The notes under the pieces: model-generated | Databases searched by the model: none | Seen by the model: only the letters and a program-made list of their open reading frames with translations | Told to the model about the DNA's origin: nothing | NCBI GenBank assembly: GCA_964404605.1 | Contig: CAYOKT010000002.1 | Location: 30,241 to 81,591 of the forward strand | Direction of reading: 5' to 3' | Source: an uncultured bacterium | GTDB lineage: Bacteria; Electryoneota; Electryoneia; Electryoneales; Electryoneaceae | Length of the DNA stretch: 51,351 nucleotides | Shown: positions 1-7,708 of the stretch, piece after piece | How positions within the stretch are numbered: position 1 is the first letter of the stretch | Layout: each line of letters begins with the position of its first letter | Made by a program: the position numbers and the translations under genes

Positions 1-96
1 ACCGAGCCCGGCGCGCGCGCGGGAAAGTCACCGTCCCGCTCCCGGGAAGGGCACATGCCACGGACCTTGAGGAGGAAGGTTCAGGAACGCTGATGC

Positions 97-1197
97 TCAG
101 AGACTGGGATTGTCGTAGATGCCGACTCGCCCCGAGTCCGCTTCCACGGTGGGTTTGCCCGCCCGGTCGAGGGCGATTCGCTCGAGGAGAAACTCCTCGA
201 TGTCGGACAGGTTGACCTCCGGGTCGCGCCGCAGGTTCAACCGCAAGAGCTCCCGCAGGTTCAGGAAGACGGAATCGGTCTGTGTGTCGCGGACTCGATT
301 CAACGCGCCAAGGTCTTCCAGCTCCTCGATGGCGGGGTGAAACGGGTCCAGCGCCCCCTCACCACCCTGCTGGTTGTACGCCCGGGTCAACGCGTCATAG
401 GTGAGGTGGACCTGCGATTTTTCCGGGTTCACCAGCTTCGGCAGCAGGTCGGGGCGGACGAGCAGTCCATCGACGAGCAGCCCGGTCTCCTGCTTGATCT
501 CCTGCGACTCCATCGCCTGGTTGTTGTCGTACAGGCCCGAAGGCAGATTCGCGTCGTTTTGCATCAGGACGAGGAAAGCGCGGAAGAGTTCAGGGTCCGG
601 GAGAATCAGGCTGACCCGGGGCGGTTCCGCCTCGCGCAGGTCGATCAGCCCGACGTGGGACAAGCCGCCGAGGATGGTGGGGAGAAGCCCGTGCGCCTCG
701 TGCAGGGTTTTCCGGATTTCCTCCACCAACCGCCCGTAGGGGGCGGTCCAGGGCTCGACGCCGTTTCCCGTGTTGACGGCCCGCATCAGGATGTACAGCA
801 GGCTGCTGACGCCGTACAGCAGGTGCAGGTCGGAATTCGCCTTGCAGGCGAAGATCGTCCGGAATTCCTCCCGCAGCCACTCCGCGAACCAGTCGGGAAG
901 GCTGGAGAAAAGGAGCTGGAGCTGGGCGCCGGTGATGCCGAGAGCACGCACGGTGGTCACGGCATGGGCGGAAAACGGCTTGGTTCCGCCCTGCAGGAGG
1001 GAATCCAGGTACAGGAACTCCCCGGGGCCCGCGAACCCCCGGGGAACGGTCCGCCCGCCCTGTGACACCTCCAACTGCACCCGGCCCTCGAGGATCAGGA
1101 ACGCGATGGCGGTATCGCTGCCCTGGCGGGCGATCACTCCGCCGGGGCTGAATGTCAGCTCCTGGGGTTTCATCGAACCACCGTTCATGCCTTCCAT
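97..1197 (-). CDS. cyclic-nucleotide-binding (Crp/Fnr-like effector domain) protein with an uncharacterised ~230-aa C-terminal region
   Basis: 366-aa ORF. The N-terminal ~110 aa read like a cNMP-binding beta-roll (FSPGGVIARQGSDTAIAFLILEGRVQLE...GPGEFLYLDSLL). Overlaps the stop of the upstream HAD gene by 13 nt. Confidence 0.55.
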   Translation of the reverse strand: MEGMNGGSMKPQELTFSPGGVIARQGSDTAIAFLILEGRVQLEVSQGGRTVPRGFAGPGEFLYLDSLLQGGTKPFSAHAVTTVRALGITGAQLQLLFSSLPDWFAEWLREEFRTIFACKANSDLHLLYGVSSLLYILMRAVNTGNGVEPWTAPYGRLVEEIRKTLHEAHGLLPTILGGLSHVGLIDLREAEPPRVSLILPDPELFRAFLVLMQNDANLPSGLYDNNQAMESQEIKQETGLLVDGLLVRPDLLPKLVNPEKSQVHLTYDALTRAYNQQGGEGALDPFHPAIEELEDLGALNRVRDTQTDSVFLNLRELLRLNLRRDPEVNLSDIEEFLLERIALDRAGKPTVEADSGRVGIYDNPSL

Positions 1198-1949
1198 CGC
1201 CGCACGGGGATCGGGGCGACGAGTTTCTCGCTGGGCTCTACCCTGCCGGGCTGTCCGAGGGCGGCCAACCGCTCGAGGACACTCTCCCAGCCACCCGGCC
1301 GCCCCAGTTCGAGGACGGAGTCGACGACGATATGGGCCTCACCGAGCAGCTCCCGCGGCATGGTGCTCGCCACGGCGATGCACCAGGCGCCCGCCGCCCG
1401 CGCCGAACGGATGCCGAGGGGGGCGTTCTCGATGACGACCGCCTCCGCCGGCCTTACGCCAAGCCGCTCCGCAGCGGTAAGGTACGGCTCCGGCCGCGGT
1501 TTGCTCTCCGCCACGCTCCCCGCCCAGAGGATGACATCGAAGATTTTCTGCTGCTCGCGTGTCACGATGTGGTCGAGATTGTCCCGCGAGGTGCTGGTGA
1601 CGAGGGCGAGTTTCAGGCCTCGGTCGCGAAGTCCCCGGATGACCTCGACGACATCGTTTTCAATCGCGACCTGGCCGACGATCTCCCTGTAATAGGCGCG
1701 TTTCCGGTCGATTATCTCTTCCAGTTCATCATCAGAAAGTTTCATTCCCGGCTCATAACCGGCGGATTCAAAGGCAAGCCTTGCGATTCTCCGGCTGTGG
1801 AGCCCCTCCGTGAGGGGGGCGATGAAGGGATCGACCTCGAGGCCGAGGGTGTTCATGATCCAGGCCCAGGCGCGGCCATGCGCCTCGATACTGTTGACGA
1901 GCACGCCATCCAGGTCGAATAGTACCGCGCGGATTTTCACACGACTCAC
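1185..1949 (-). CDS. HAD-IA family hydrolase (beta-phosphoglucomutase / sugar-phosphatase-like)
   Basis: 254-aa ORF. HAD motif I is FDLDGVLVNS, motif II is VTSTSR, and the motif III/IV region is KPRPEPYL...VVIENAPLGIRSARAAGA. Confidence 0.8.
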   Translation of the reverse strand: MSRVKIRAVLFDLDGVLVNSIEAHGRAWAWIMNTLGLEVDPFIAPLTEGLHSRRIARLAFESAGYEPGMKLSDDELEEIIDRKRAYYREIVGQVAIENDVVEVIRGLRDRGLKLALVTSTSRDNLDHIVTREQQKIFDVILWAGSVAESKPRPEPYLTAAERLGVRPAEAVVIENAPLGIRSARAAGAWCIAVASTMPRELLGEAHIVVDSVLELGRPGGWESVLERLAALGQPGRVEPSEKLVAPIPVRRWKA

Positions 1950-2060
1950 CCCGCTTCACTCCCCTGCCCGGCCGCGGAAAAAGGCGAACAGCGCCGGGCC
2001 GCCCTCTCGCTCGGATGCTGAACGTATCAACTTGAGCCCAACCGGCCGCTCCTCGCCGGT

Positions 2061-3464
2061 TCAGCCGATCAGCGTTGCCGGCCGCTCGCGATCCTTCTCG
2101 ATTTCGGCGCGGATGTCCTCGTACCCGGCGCGTCCGAGAAGGGCATAGGTCGCGATTTTCCCCGCCTCGACACCCGGCTGATCGAGGGGATTCACCTCGT
2201 AGAGACCGCCCGCGACGAGGGTCGCCGCCTCGAGAAGATACATCAACCCGCCGACGGTATCCGGGGCGATCTCTTCCATGTGGAAGGCCATGTTCGGCCG
2301 GTGGGCGGCGGTCAACGCCCGCTGGGTCGCCTCTGCCTCGATCCGCAACAGGTCCCCGATGTCCTCCCCCGCGAGAAAATCGATCCCCTCGATGTCGGGA
2401 TAATGCTTGCCCGCGCGCAGACTGCGCCGGTACTTCCCCGGGATGACGAAAGTGACGGTCTTGTCCGGCGGTCCCTCGACATAGAGCTGCACCTGGCTGT
2501 GCTGATCCGTCGCACCGAGGGCGGCGACGGGGGTCGGCCCGGTGTGCACCGTCTCGCCGCGCAGATTGACCTTCTTCCCCAACGACTCCGCCCAGAGCTG
2601 GCGGAACCAGTCCGCCGTGCGGAACAGGGCGTTTGCATAGGGCATCATCACCTGGATCGGCTGCTTGCGAACCGTGTGGGCGAGAAACTGGAGCAGCGCG
2701 AAGGCGGCGGAGGGATTCTCTTCGAACTTGCGCTTGAACACCGTTTCCCGTTGTTCCGCCGCCCCGGCGAGCAGCTCGCGGATGTCGATTCCGACAAGGG
2801 CCGCCGGGAGCAGTCCCACGGGGGTGAGCACGGAGAACCGGCCGCCCACGCCGGGCGGGATCGAGAAGGTCGTAATCCCCTCGTTGCGGGCGATCTGCCG
2901 CAGGTTCCCCTTCGCCGGGTCGGTGGTGAAGACAAGATGGTCGTGATACTCCTCGCCGAGCTGCTCCCTGACCTGGTTGAGGACGACGAGGAACGCGGAC
3001 ACGGTTTCCGCCGTGCCGCCCGACTTGGTGATCACGTTGTAGAGAGTTTCGGCGGGTTCGCAGATGTCGAGCACCGCGCCGAGGAATTCCGGGTCCGGGT
3101 TGTCCGGGACGAAAAGGCGGGGACCATCACGCAGTTCATCCGGCCGGCTGTTCCACTCCAGGGGTTTCAACGCATCCCGCAGCGCGATGGGTCCGAGGGC
3201 GCTGCCGCCGATGCCGAGCACGACCACGTTGCGGAACTTGCCGTGTACCTTGGAAGCGTACTCCTCGATCTTCTCGACCGATTCCCGGTTGTCCGGGAGG
3301 TCGTAGAACGGCAATTCCCCCGCTTTCCGCTTCGCTTCGAGTCCCTGCAGCATGGCGCTTACCCGTGGCCAGGCCTTTTCGATCTCCTGCCGGGTCGCGC
3401 CGTAATCGGGCCCCACCGCATCCGCCATCATGCGGGTCACATCGAGTTGCAAACGCTTGCTCAT
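2061..3464 (-). CDS. pgi: glucose-6-phosphate isomerase (short ~450-aa type)
   Basis: 467-aa ORF with VVLGIGGSALGP, ITKSGGTAET and GATDQHSQVQLYVEGP blocks typical of PGI. Confidence 0.9.
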   Translation of the reverse strand: MSKRLQLDVTRMMADAVGPDYGATRQEIEKAWPRVSAMLQGLEAKRKAGELPFYDLPDNRESVEKIEEYASKVHGKFRNVVVLGIGGSALGPIALRDALKPLEWNSRPDELRDGPRLFVPDNPDPEFLGAVLDICEPAETLYNVITKSGGTAETVSAFLVVLNQVREQLGEEYHDHLVFTTDPAKGNLRQIARNEGITTFSIPPGVGGRFSVLTPVGLLPAALVGIDIRELLAGAAEQRETVFKRKFEENPSAAFALLQFLAHTVRKQPIQVMMPYANALFRTADWFRQLWAESLGKKVNLRGETVHTGPTPVAALGATDQHSQVQLYVEGPPDKTVTFVIPGKYRRSLRAGKHYPDIEGIDFLAGEDIGDLLRIEAEATQRALTAAHRPNMAFHMEEIAPDTVGGLMYLLEAATLVAGGLYEVNPLDQPGVEAGKIATYALLGRAGYEDIRAEIEKDRERPATLIG

Positions 3465-3514
3465 GGTTCAACCCTCGCGCTGCGGAATCATCCTGGAGCG
3501 GGGAGGGTGCCTCC

Positions 3515-4303
3515 TCACCCCTCCTCGCTGCAGGCGCTTACCTCATGTCCGACGCCGATTCCGAGCATTTTCGCCGCGCTGCCGCCGTTCACGATGATCT
3601 CCACGGTGCCCTTGCTGCCCACGATCCACACCGGGTCGGAGGAGTTCCCCTCGGCGATGAAACGCGCCGGGGAGATCCGCCGCCGCCCGATACGGATGGT
3701 CAGTCCTTCCACCTCGCCGGCAGGCAGGTTGGTGATCAGGTTCCCGAACCGATCCACCCAGTACACCTTGCCTTTTAATTGCTCCTCTTCCCGGATCGGT
3801 TCCAGCGAATCTCCGCTCTTCCAGGTGTAGACAACCGGGCCAAGCTCCTCGAACGGTGTTCCGCCGGCGACTTTCGCCGCCGTGGGACAGAAGATGTCCC
3901 GCCCGTGGAAGCTGTTGGAAATTTCCGGCGCGAACAGCTCCCGGTTGTTCAGCAGGCGGACCTCGAAGGTTTCCGCCTTTCGGAGCAGTGGATCGAGCAA
4001 ACCGTTATCAGGGGCAAGATACACACAGCCGGACAGTCTCGCAGCGAGGATGGCCCGCTCGCTCCCCACCCCCGGGTCCACGACCGCGACATGCACCGTG
4101 CCGGCGGGGAGATGGCGGGCATCATGCTTGAGGAGAAACGCCGCCGAATCGATATCCCCGGGAAGCACTGCATGGCACAGGTCGATGATCCGCAAGCCGG
4201 GGTTGACCGCGAGCAGGGCGGCGTGCATCTGGCCGACATAGTCATCCTGCCAACCGAAATCGGTCAGCAGGCTGACGAGGCCGTTAGGGGTGAATTCCGT
4301 CAT
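3515..4303 (-). CDS. SAM hydroxide adenosyltransferase family protein (DUF62, chlorinase/fluorinase-related)
   Basis: 262-aa ORF. The N-terminal LLTDFGWQDDYVGQMHAALL...IIDLCHAV and HVAVVDPGVGS blocks are characteristic of the DUF62 / SAM hydrolase family. Confidence 0.8.
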   Translation of the reverse strand: MTEFTPNGLVSLLTDFGWQDDYVGQMHAALLAVNPGLRIIDLCHAVLPGDIDSAAFLLKHDARHLPAGTVHVAVVDPGVGSERAILAARLSGCVYLAPDNGLLDPLLRKAETFEVRLLNNRELFAPEISNSFHGRDIFCPTAAKVAGGTPFEELGPVVYTWKSGDSLEPIREEEQLKGKVYWVDRFGNLITNLPAGEVEGLTIRIGRRRISPARFIAEGNSSDPVWIVGSKGTVEIIVNGGSAAKMLGIGVGHEVSACSEEG

Positions 4304-4304
4304 C

Positions 4305-4880
4305 TCAGAATTCTACCTTCGGGGCCTCCCCGGCGGTTTCCGGCGCCTTGAAGAACGGCTTGGGCTCGAAGGAGAAGATCCTGGCGACCAGGTTCTGGGG
4401 GAACTGGCGCACCATGACATTGTATACCCGCACGGCATCATTGTACCGTTTCCGGGCGACGGCGAGGCGGTTTTCCGTGCCGGCGAGTTCATCCTGCAAC
4501 GCCCGGAAGTTCGCATCCGATTTCAGTTGCGGGTAGTTCTCCACCACCAGCAGCAGGCGCGAGAGCGCACCGGTGAGCTGGTTCTCCGCGTCCATCCGTT
4601 CCCCGACATTCGTCGCGCCGCCCACCTTGGCCCGTGCTTCCGTCACCCCGAGGAAAACCTCCTTTTCCTGGGACGCGTATCCCTTCACCGTGTTCACCAG
4701 GTTGGGGATCAGGTCGTACCGGCGCTGCAGGTTGTTCTCCACCTCCGCCCAGGCGCCCGACACGGTCTCATCCATCGTGACCAGCGAATTGTAGGTACCC
4801 TTGACGAAGGAATAAAACGAGAGACCCCCGATTACCACCACACCGATTACGACCAGCAGAATAATCGTTCCGCGCTTCAC
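4305..4880 (-). CDS. lemA: LemA family protein
   Basis: Single N-terminal TM (IILLVVIGVVVIGGL) followed by the LemA core (AWAEVENNLQRRYDLIPNLVNTVKGYASQEKEVF...ENYPQLKSDANF). I place the start at GTG 4880, preceded by an AGGGGG-like RBS. The upstream 50 aa of the tracked ORF look non-coding and would overlap the next gene. Confidence 0.85.
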   Translation of the reverse strand: MKRGTIILLVVIGVVVIGGLSFYSFVKGTYNSLVTMDETVSGAWAEVENNLQRRYDLIPNLVNTVKGYASQEKEVFLGVTEARAKVGGATNVGERMDAENQLTGALSRLLLVVENYPQLKSDANFRALQDELAGTENRLAVARKRYNDAVRVYNVMVRQFPQNLVARIFSFEPKPFFKAPETAGEAPKVEF

Positions 4881-4962
4881 ATGGCCCCCTGACTGTTTCC
4901 CTGTTGTTCTCCTGGCTGCTCGTATTGCCCGACATCCGATACCGGCATCCGCCCGGGCGTCA

Positions 4963-5739
4963 TTATGCTTCGCCCGGCGGCTCGTTCGGCGATTCCGGTT
5001 CCTGCCCGCCCCCGGAACCGCCGCCTTCCACATCCACCCATCGGGCCAGCCGGTCGAGCTGCTCCAGCGCCCGTTTCAGAAGCTTCCAGGCCCCGGCCCG
5101 GTTCAGCCCCTTTTTCTCCCGGCGGATCTCCGCCAGCTCGAGGAAAAGGGATGCATCCACGCCGGTAAGTTCGGCGCCCCGGCCCAGGACAGCCACCTTC
5201 TCCCGCGGCACTTCGCGCCCCTCGATGAACAGCAGCGCCTGGAAGACGCTCACCCAGGTGGGAACGGAGGCGACGAGCAGGTTGCGCATCGCCGCGGTGT
5301 TACCCCCGGTCTCCATCGCCGCCTGCCGGAGCTGCACCCACTTGCCCTTGACTTCGCGCTCGGCTTGCAGCCGCAGGTGTTCCTTCCGGATTTCGATCCC
5401 GGCGAAGAGGTCTTCCCCGTGCAACACCTCGCGGAACAGCTTGATGTCGAGGAACTCCATCGGGTAGACATCCAGCGAACTGAGGATGTAGTCCCGCGAG
5501 AGAACCAGTGGCAGGGCGAACCCCTTCCGGTTCAGGCGGCGGGCGACCGCGGCGGCGCCCGGCCAGCGGCTGTAGTCGTGCGTGTTCACCTGCAGGAGCA
5601 GGTTGATGTCACTCGATTTCGCCGACCAGTCCCCGCGCGCGGCGGATCCGTAGAGGTAGACCGCCTCGAGGTCCTCGCCCCAGTATTCCCTCCACTGCGC
5701 CAGTGCAAGGTCGAGTTTTTTCTGTGGTTTATCGTCCAT
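4963..5739 (-). CDS. nucleotidyltransferase-domain protein (Pol-beta / minimal NTase fold) with a helical C-terminal domain
   Basis: 258-aa ORF. The NTase signature is LYGSAARGDWSAKSSDINLLL (GS-x-x-RG...D-x-D-like). The C-terminal ~150 aa look helical, with a low-complexity GGGSGGGQEPESPNEPPGEA tail. Confidence 0.6.
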   Translation of the reverse strand: MDDKPQKKLDLALAQWREYWGEDLEAVYLYGSAARGDWSAKSSDINLLLQVNTHDYSRWPGAAAVARRLNRKGFALPLVLSRDYILSSLDVYPMEFLDIKLFREVLHGEDLFAGIEIRKEHLRLQAEREVKGKWVQLRQAAMETGGNTAAMRNLLVASVPTWVSVFQALLFIEGREVPREKVAVLGRGAELTGVDASLFLELAEIRREKKGLNRAGAWKLLKRALEQLDRLARWVDVEGGGSGGGQEPESPNEPPGEA

Positions 5740-5750
5740 TCTACCCTCTC

Positions 5751-6545
5751 TCAGAAGGAGCGCCCCGCGCCGCCGCCGCCGAATCCGCCGCCCCCGAATC
5801 CGCCGAATCCTCCTCCGAACCCGCCGCCGCCGAATCCTCCTCCGCCCCAGGAACCGCGGCCGCCCAACATCGAACCGAGCAGCAGGCCGAAGAGAATCGA
5901 CCTCCCGAACCGGGAACTCATCAGGGCGAGAAAGATAAAGAGCATGAAGAGGGTGCCGAGGAGGCCGCCGCCCTTACCCCTCCGTCCGCGCACAGGACGG
6001 GGGCCGCGAGGCAGCTCCCCCGTGATCTGCGCGTCCGGCGCGACAATCCGGGTCACCTGGAGCACCGTGGCCGCGAGCCCCTCGAACACGCGCCCTTCGC
6101 GCAGGTAGGGGATGGTCACCCGGTCAAGGATTTGCCCGGCGCGCGCATCGGGAATGTCCCCCTCCAGCCCGTACCCGGTGGCGAGATACACCCGCCTTCC
6201 GCCGCCCGCCCTGCCGGTGTTGAACAGCAGCAGCGCCCCGCGGTCCGTGCCCTTCCTGCCCACTCCCCACTTGTGGCCCAGCTCCACCGCGTACAGCGAG
6301 ATGTCCTGCCCCTCGGGGATGCTGTCCATGGTGACGAGGGCGATCTCGATCTTCGCCTTCTCCGCCACTTCGCGGCACAGGCTCTCGAGGCGAGCCCTCT
6401 CTGCGGGTGTAAGAAGATTGGCATAATCGTTCACGAAACCGACAGGCTTCGGGTAGGGATCCTGGGCGAAGGCGTTGCAGCATGGGAGGAGAAGAACGGC
6501 GAGAAAGAGCGCCGCGAACAGGCCTCGTGGCAGCTTCCCGTTCAC
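5751..6545 (-). CDS. TPM-domain protein (YgcG-like) with a TM segment and a Gly/Phe-rich tail
   Basis: Signal peptide, then the TPM core (VNDYANLLTPAERARLESL...IEIALVTMDSI...WGVGRKGTDRGALLLF...GYGLEGDIPDA), a TM helix, and a GGGGFGGGGFGGGFGGFGGGGFGGGG C-terminus. Confidence 0.75.
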   Translation of the reverse strand: MNGKLPRGLFAALFLAVLLLPCCNAFAQDPYPKPVGFVNDYANLLTPAERARLESLCREVAEKAKIEIALVTMDSIPEGQDISLYAVELGHKWGVGRKGTDRGALLLFNTGRAGGGRRVYLATGYGLEGDIPDARAGQILDRVTIPYLREGRVFEGLAATVLQVTRIVAPDAQITGELPRGPRPVRGRRGKGGGLLGTLFMLFIFLALMSSRFGRSILFGLLLGSMLGGRGSWGGGGFGGGGFGGGFGGFGGGGFGGGGAGRSF

Positions 6546-7228
6546 GGCTTGGGATCCTCGACGAGAGGGGAAGTTCGTTCTCCCGTCTCATCCGAACCGT
6601 CACCGGCCGCCGTTACCGGGCCGGGGTTCTCCGCCCGCGGGACAGCGAGACGCTGAGCGGCCACGGCGGCCTCCCCGGCAGCGGCCTCGACGTCCGCTGC
6701 GAGTTCCTCCGCCACTCCCTCCCGCTCCCCGGCGGGACCGGGCCGGAACAGCAACAGGAGGATGAGAACGGTGATTCCCACCGAAACCGCCGCATCGGCG
6801 ATGTTGAACACCGGCCAGCGCTCCATCAGCCAGTTGGGCAGATCGACATCCACATAGTCGATCACGTACCCGTACGCCAGGCGGTCGATGGTGTTTCCAA
6901 TGGCGCCGCCGAGCACCCCCGCGAGCACCCAGCGAACCCCTTTCGGATCATTATGCATCTTGAGGAGCAGGTAGAATACGGCGATCGCCGCGATCAGCGA
7001 GACGACGCCGTGGGCGATCAACCAACCGAGTAACTTCGAGGAGGGTATATCGATCCCGAACACCAACCCATCGTTGTGAATATAGGTCAGGCGGACGACA
7101 TCGCCGAGAACGGGGATGGACTGGTGAAGCTGCATCGTGGAGACCACGATGCGTTTCACCACCTGGTCGGCGATGACGACCGCGAGGCAGAGCAGCCAGG
7201 GACCGATGCGGGGTTTCCCGGGGTTCAA
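6542..7228 (-). CDS. lspA: lipoprotein signal peptidase II with a ~70-aa C-terminal extension
   Basis: LspA blocks ADQVVKRIV, RLTYIHNDGLVFGI, NTIDRLAYGYVIDYVD and FNIADAAVSVG are present. The likely start is TTG 7228, overlapping the dksA-like stop (TTGA). The tracked ORF extends further upstream inside the dksA-like gene. Confidence 0.8.
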   Translation of the reverse strand: MNPGKPRIGPWLLCLAVVIADQVVKRIVVSTMQLHQSIPVLGDVVRLTYIHNDGLVFGIDIPSSKLLGWLIAHGVVSLIAAIAVFYLLLKMHNDPKGVRWVLAGVLGGAIGNTIDRLAYGYVIDYVDVDLPNWLMERWPVFNIADAAVSVGITVLILLLLFRPGPAGEREGVAEELAADVEAAAGEAAVAAQRLAVPRAENPGPVTAAGDGSDETGERTSPLVEDPKP

Positions 7229-7689
7229 AGACCCTGTTCCTCTCGTTTCTTCTTCGCGGCGATGCTCAGGGTCGCATGGGGCACGGCTTCCAGGCGGGCA
7301 TACTCGATGGGAATACCCGTGTCCATGCAATAGCCGTACGTGCCCTTCTCCATGCGATCGAGCGCGGCGTACAGGTGCTTGAGGAACTTGTGTTCGCGCT
7401 GGGCGAAGAGGAAGGCTTTCTCACGTTCCTGCGCGTCCGTGCCCTGGTCGGCCATGTGGAGCGAGTAGGTCGAATTGTCCCCGGAGTACTCCTCCACGGT
7501 ACGAAGGGAGGTCTCCTCCAGGTAGCCGAGTTCTTTCTTGATCTTCTCGATCTTCTCCTCGATGATCTTTCTGAAGTGCGGCATATCCTCGGGCCGATAA
7601 CGTCTAACCCCGTCGTCGTAATCCACCAGCGGCTTCCAGGGGGTATACTGCTCTTCGCTGTCATCGATTTTCTTCTTCACGGCACTCAT
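7225..7689 (-). CDS. dksA: DksA/TraR-family regulator with a degenerate (Cys-poor) zinc finger
   Basis: 154-aa ORF. It has a coiled-coil region with an acidic tip (HMADQGTDAQERE). The C-terminal DksA finger region reads YGYCMDTGIPIEYARLEAVPHATLSIAA, i.e. C-x2-T-x17-S-x2-A instead of C-x2-C-x17-C-x2-C. Confidence 0.75.
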   Translation of the reverse strand: MSAVKKKIDDSEEQYTPWKPLVDYDDGVRRYRPEDMPHFRKIIEEKIEKIKKELGYLEETSLRTVEEYSGDNSTYSLHMADQGTDAQEREKAFLFAQREHKFLKHLYAALDRMEKGTYGYCMDTGIPIEYARLEAVPHATLSIAAKKKREEQGL

Positions 7690-7708
7690 GGTTCGGCTCC
7701 TTTCCTCC

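Noticed and set aside
5365-6108. Plus-strand ORF with a striking PPPNPPPPNPPNPPPNPPPP proline-rich repeat.
   Set aside because: It is the reverse-complement reading of the Gly/Phe-rich tail of the TPM protein (GGGGF repeats) and is not an independent gene.
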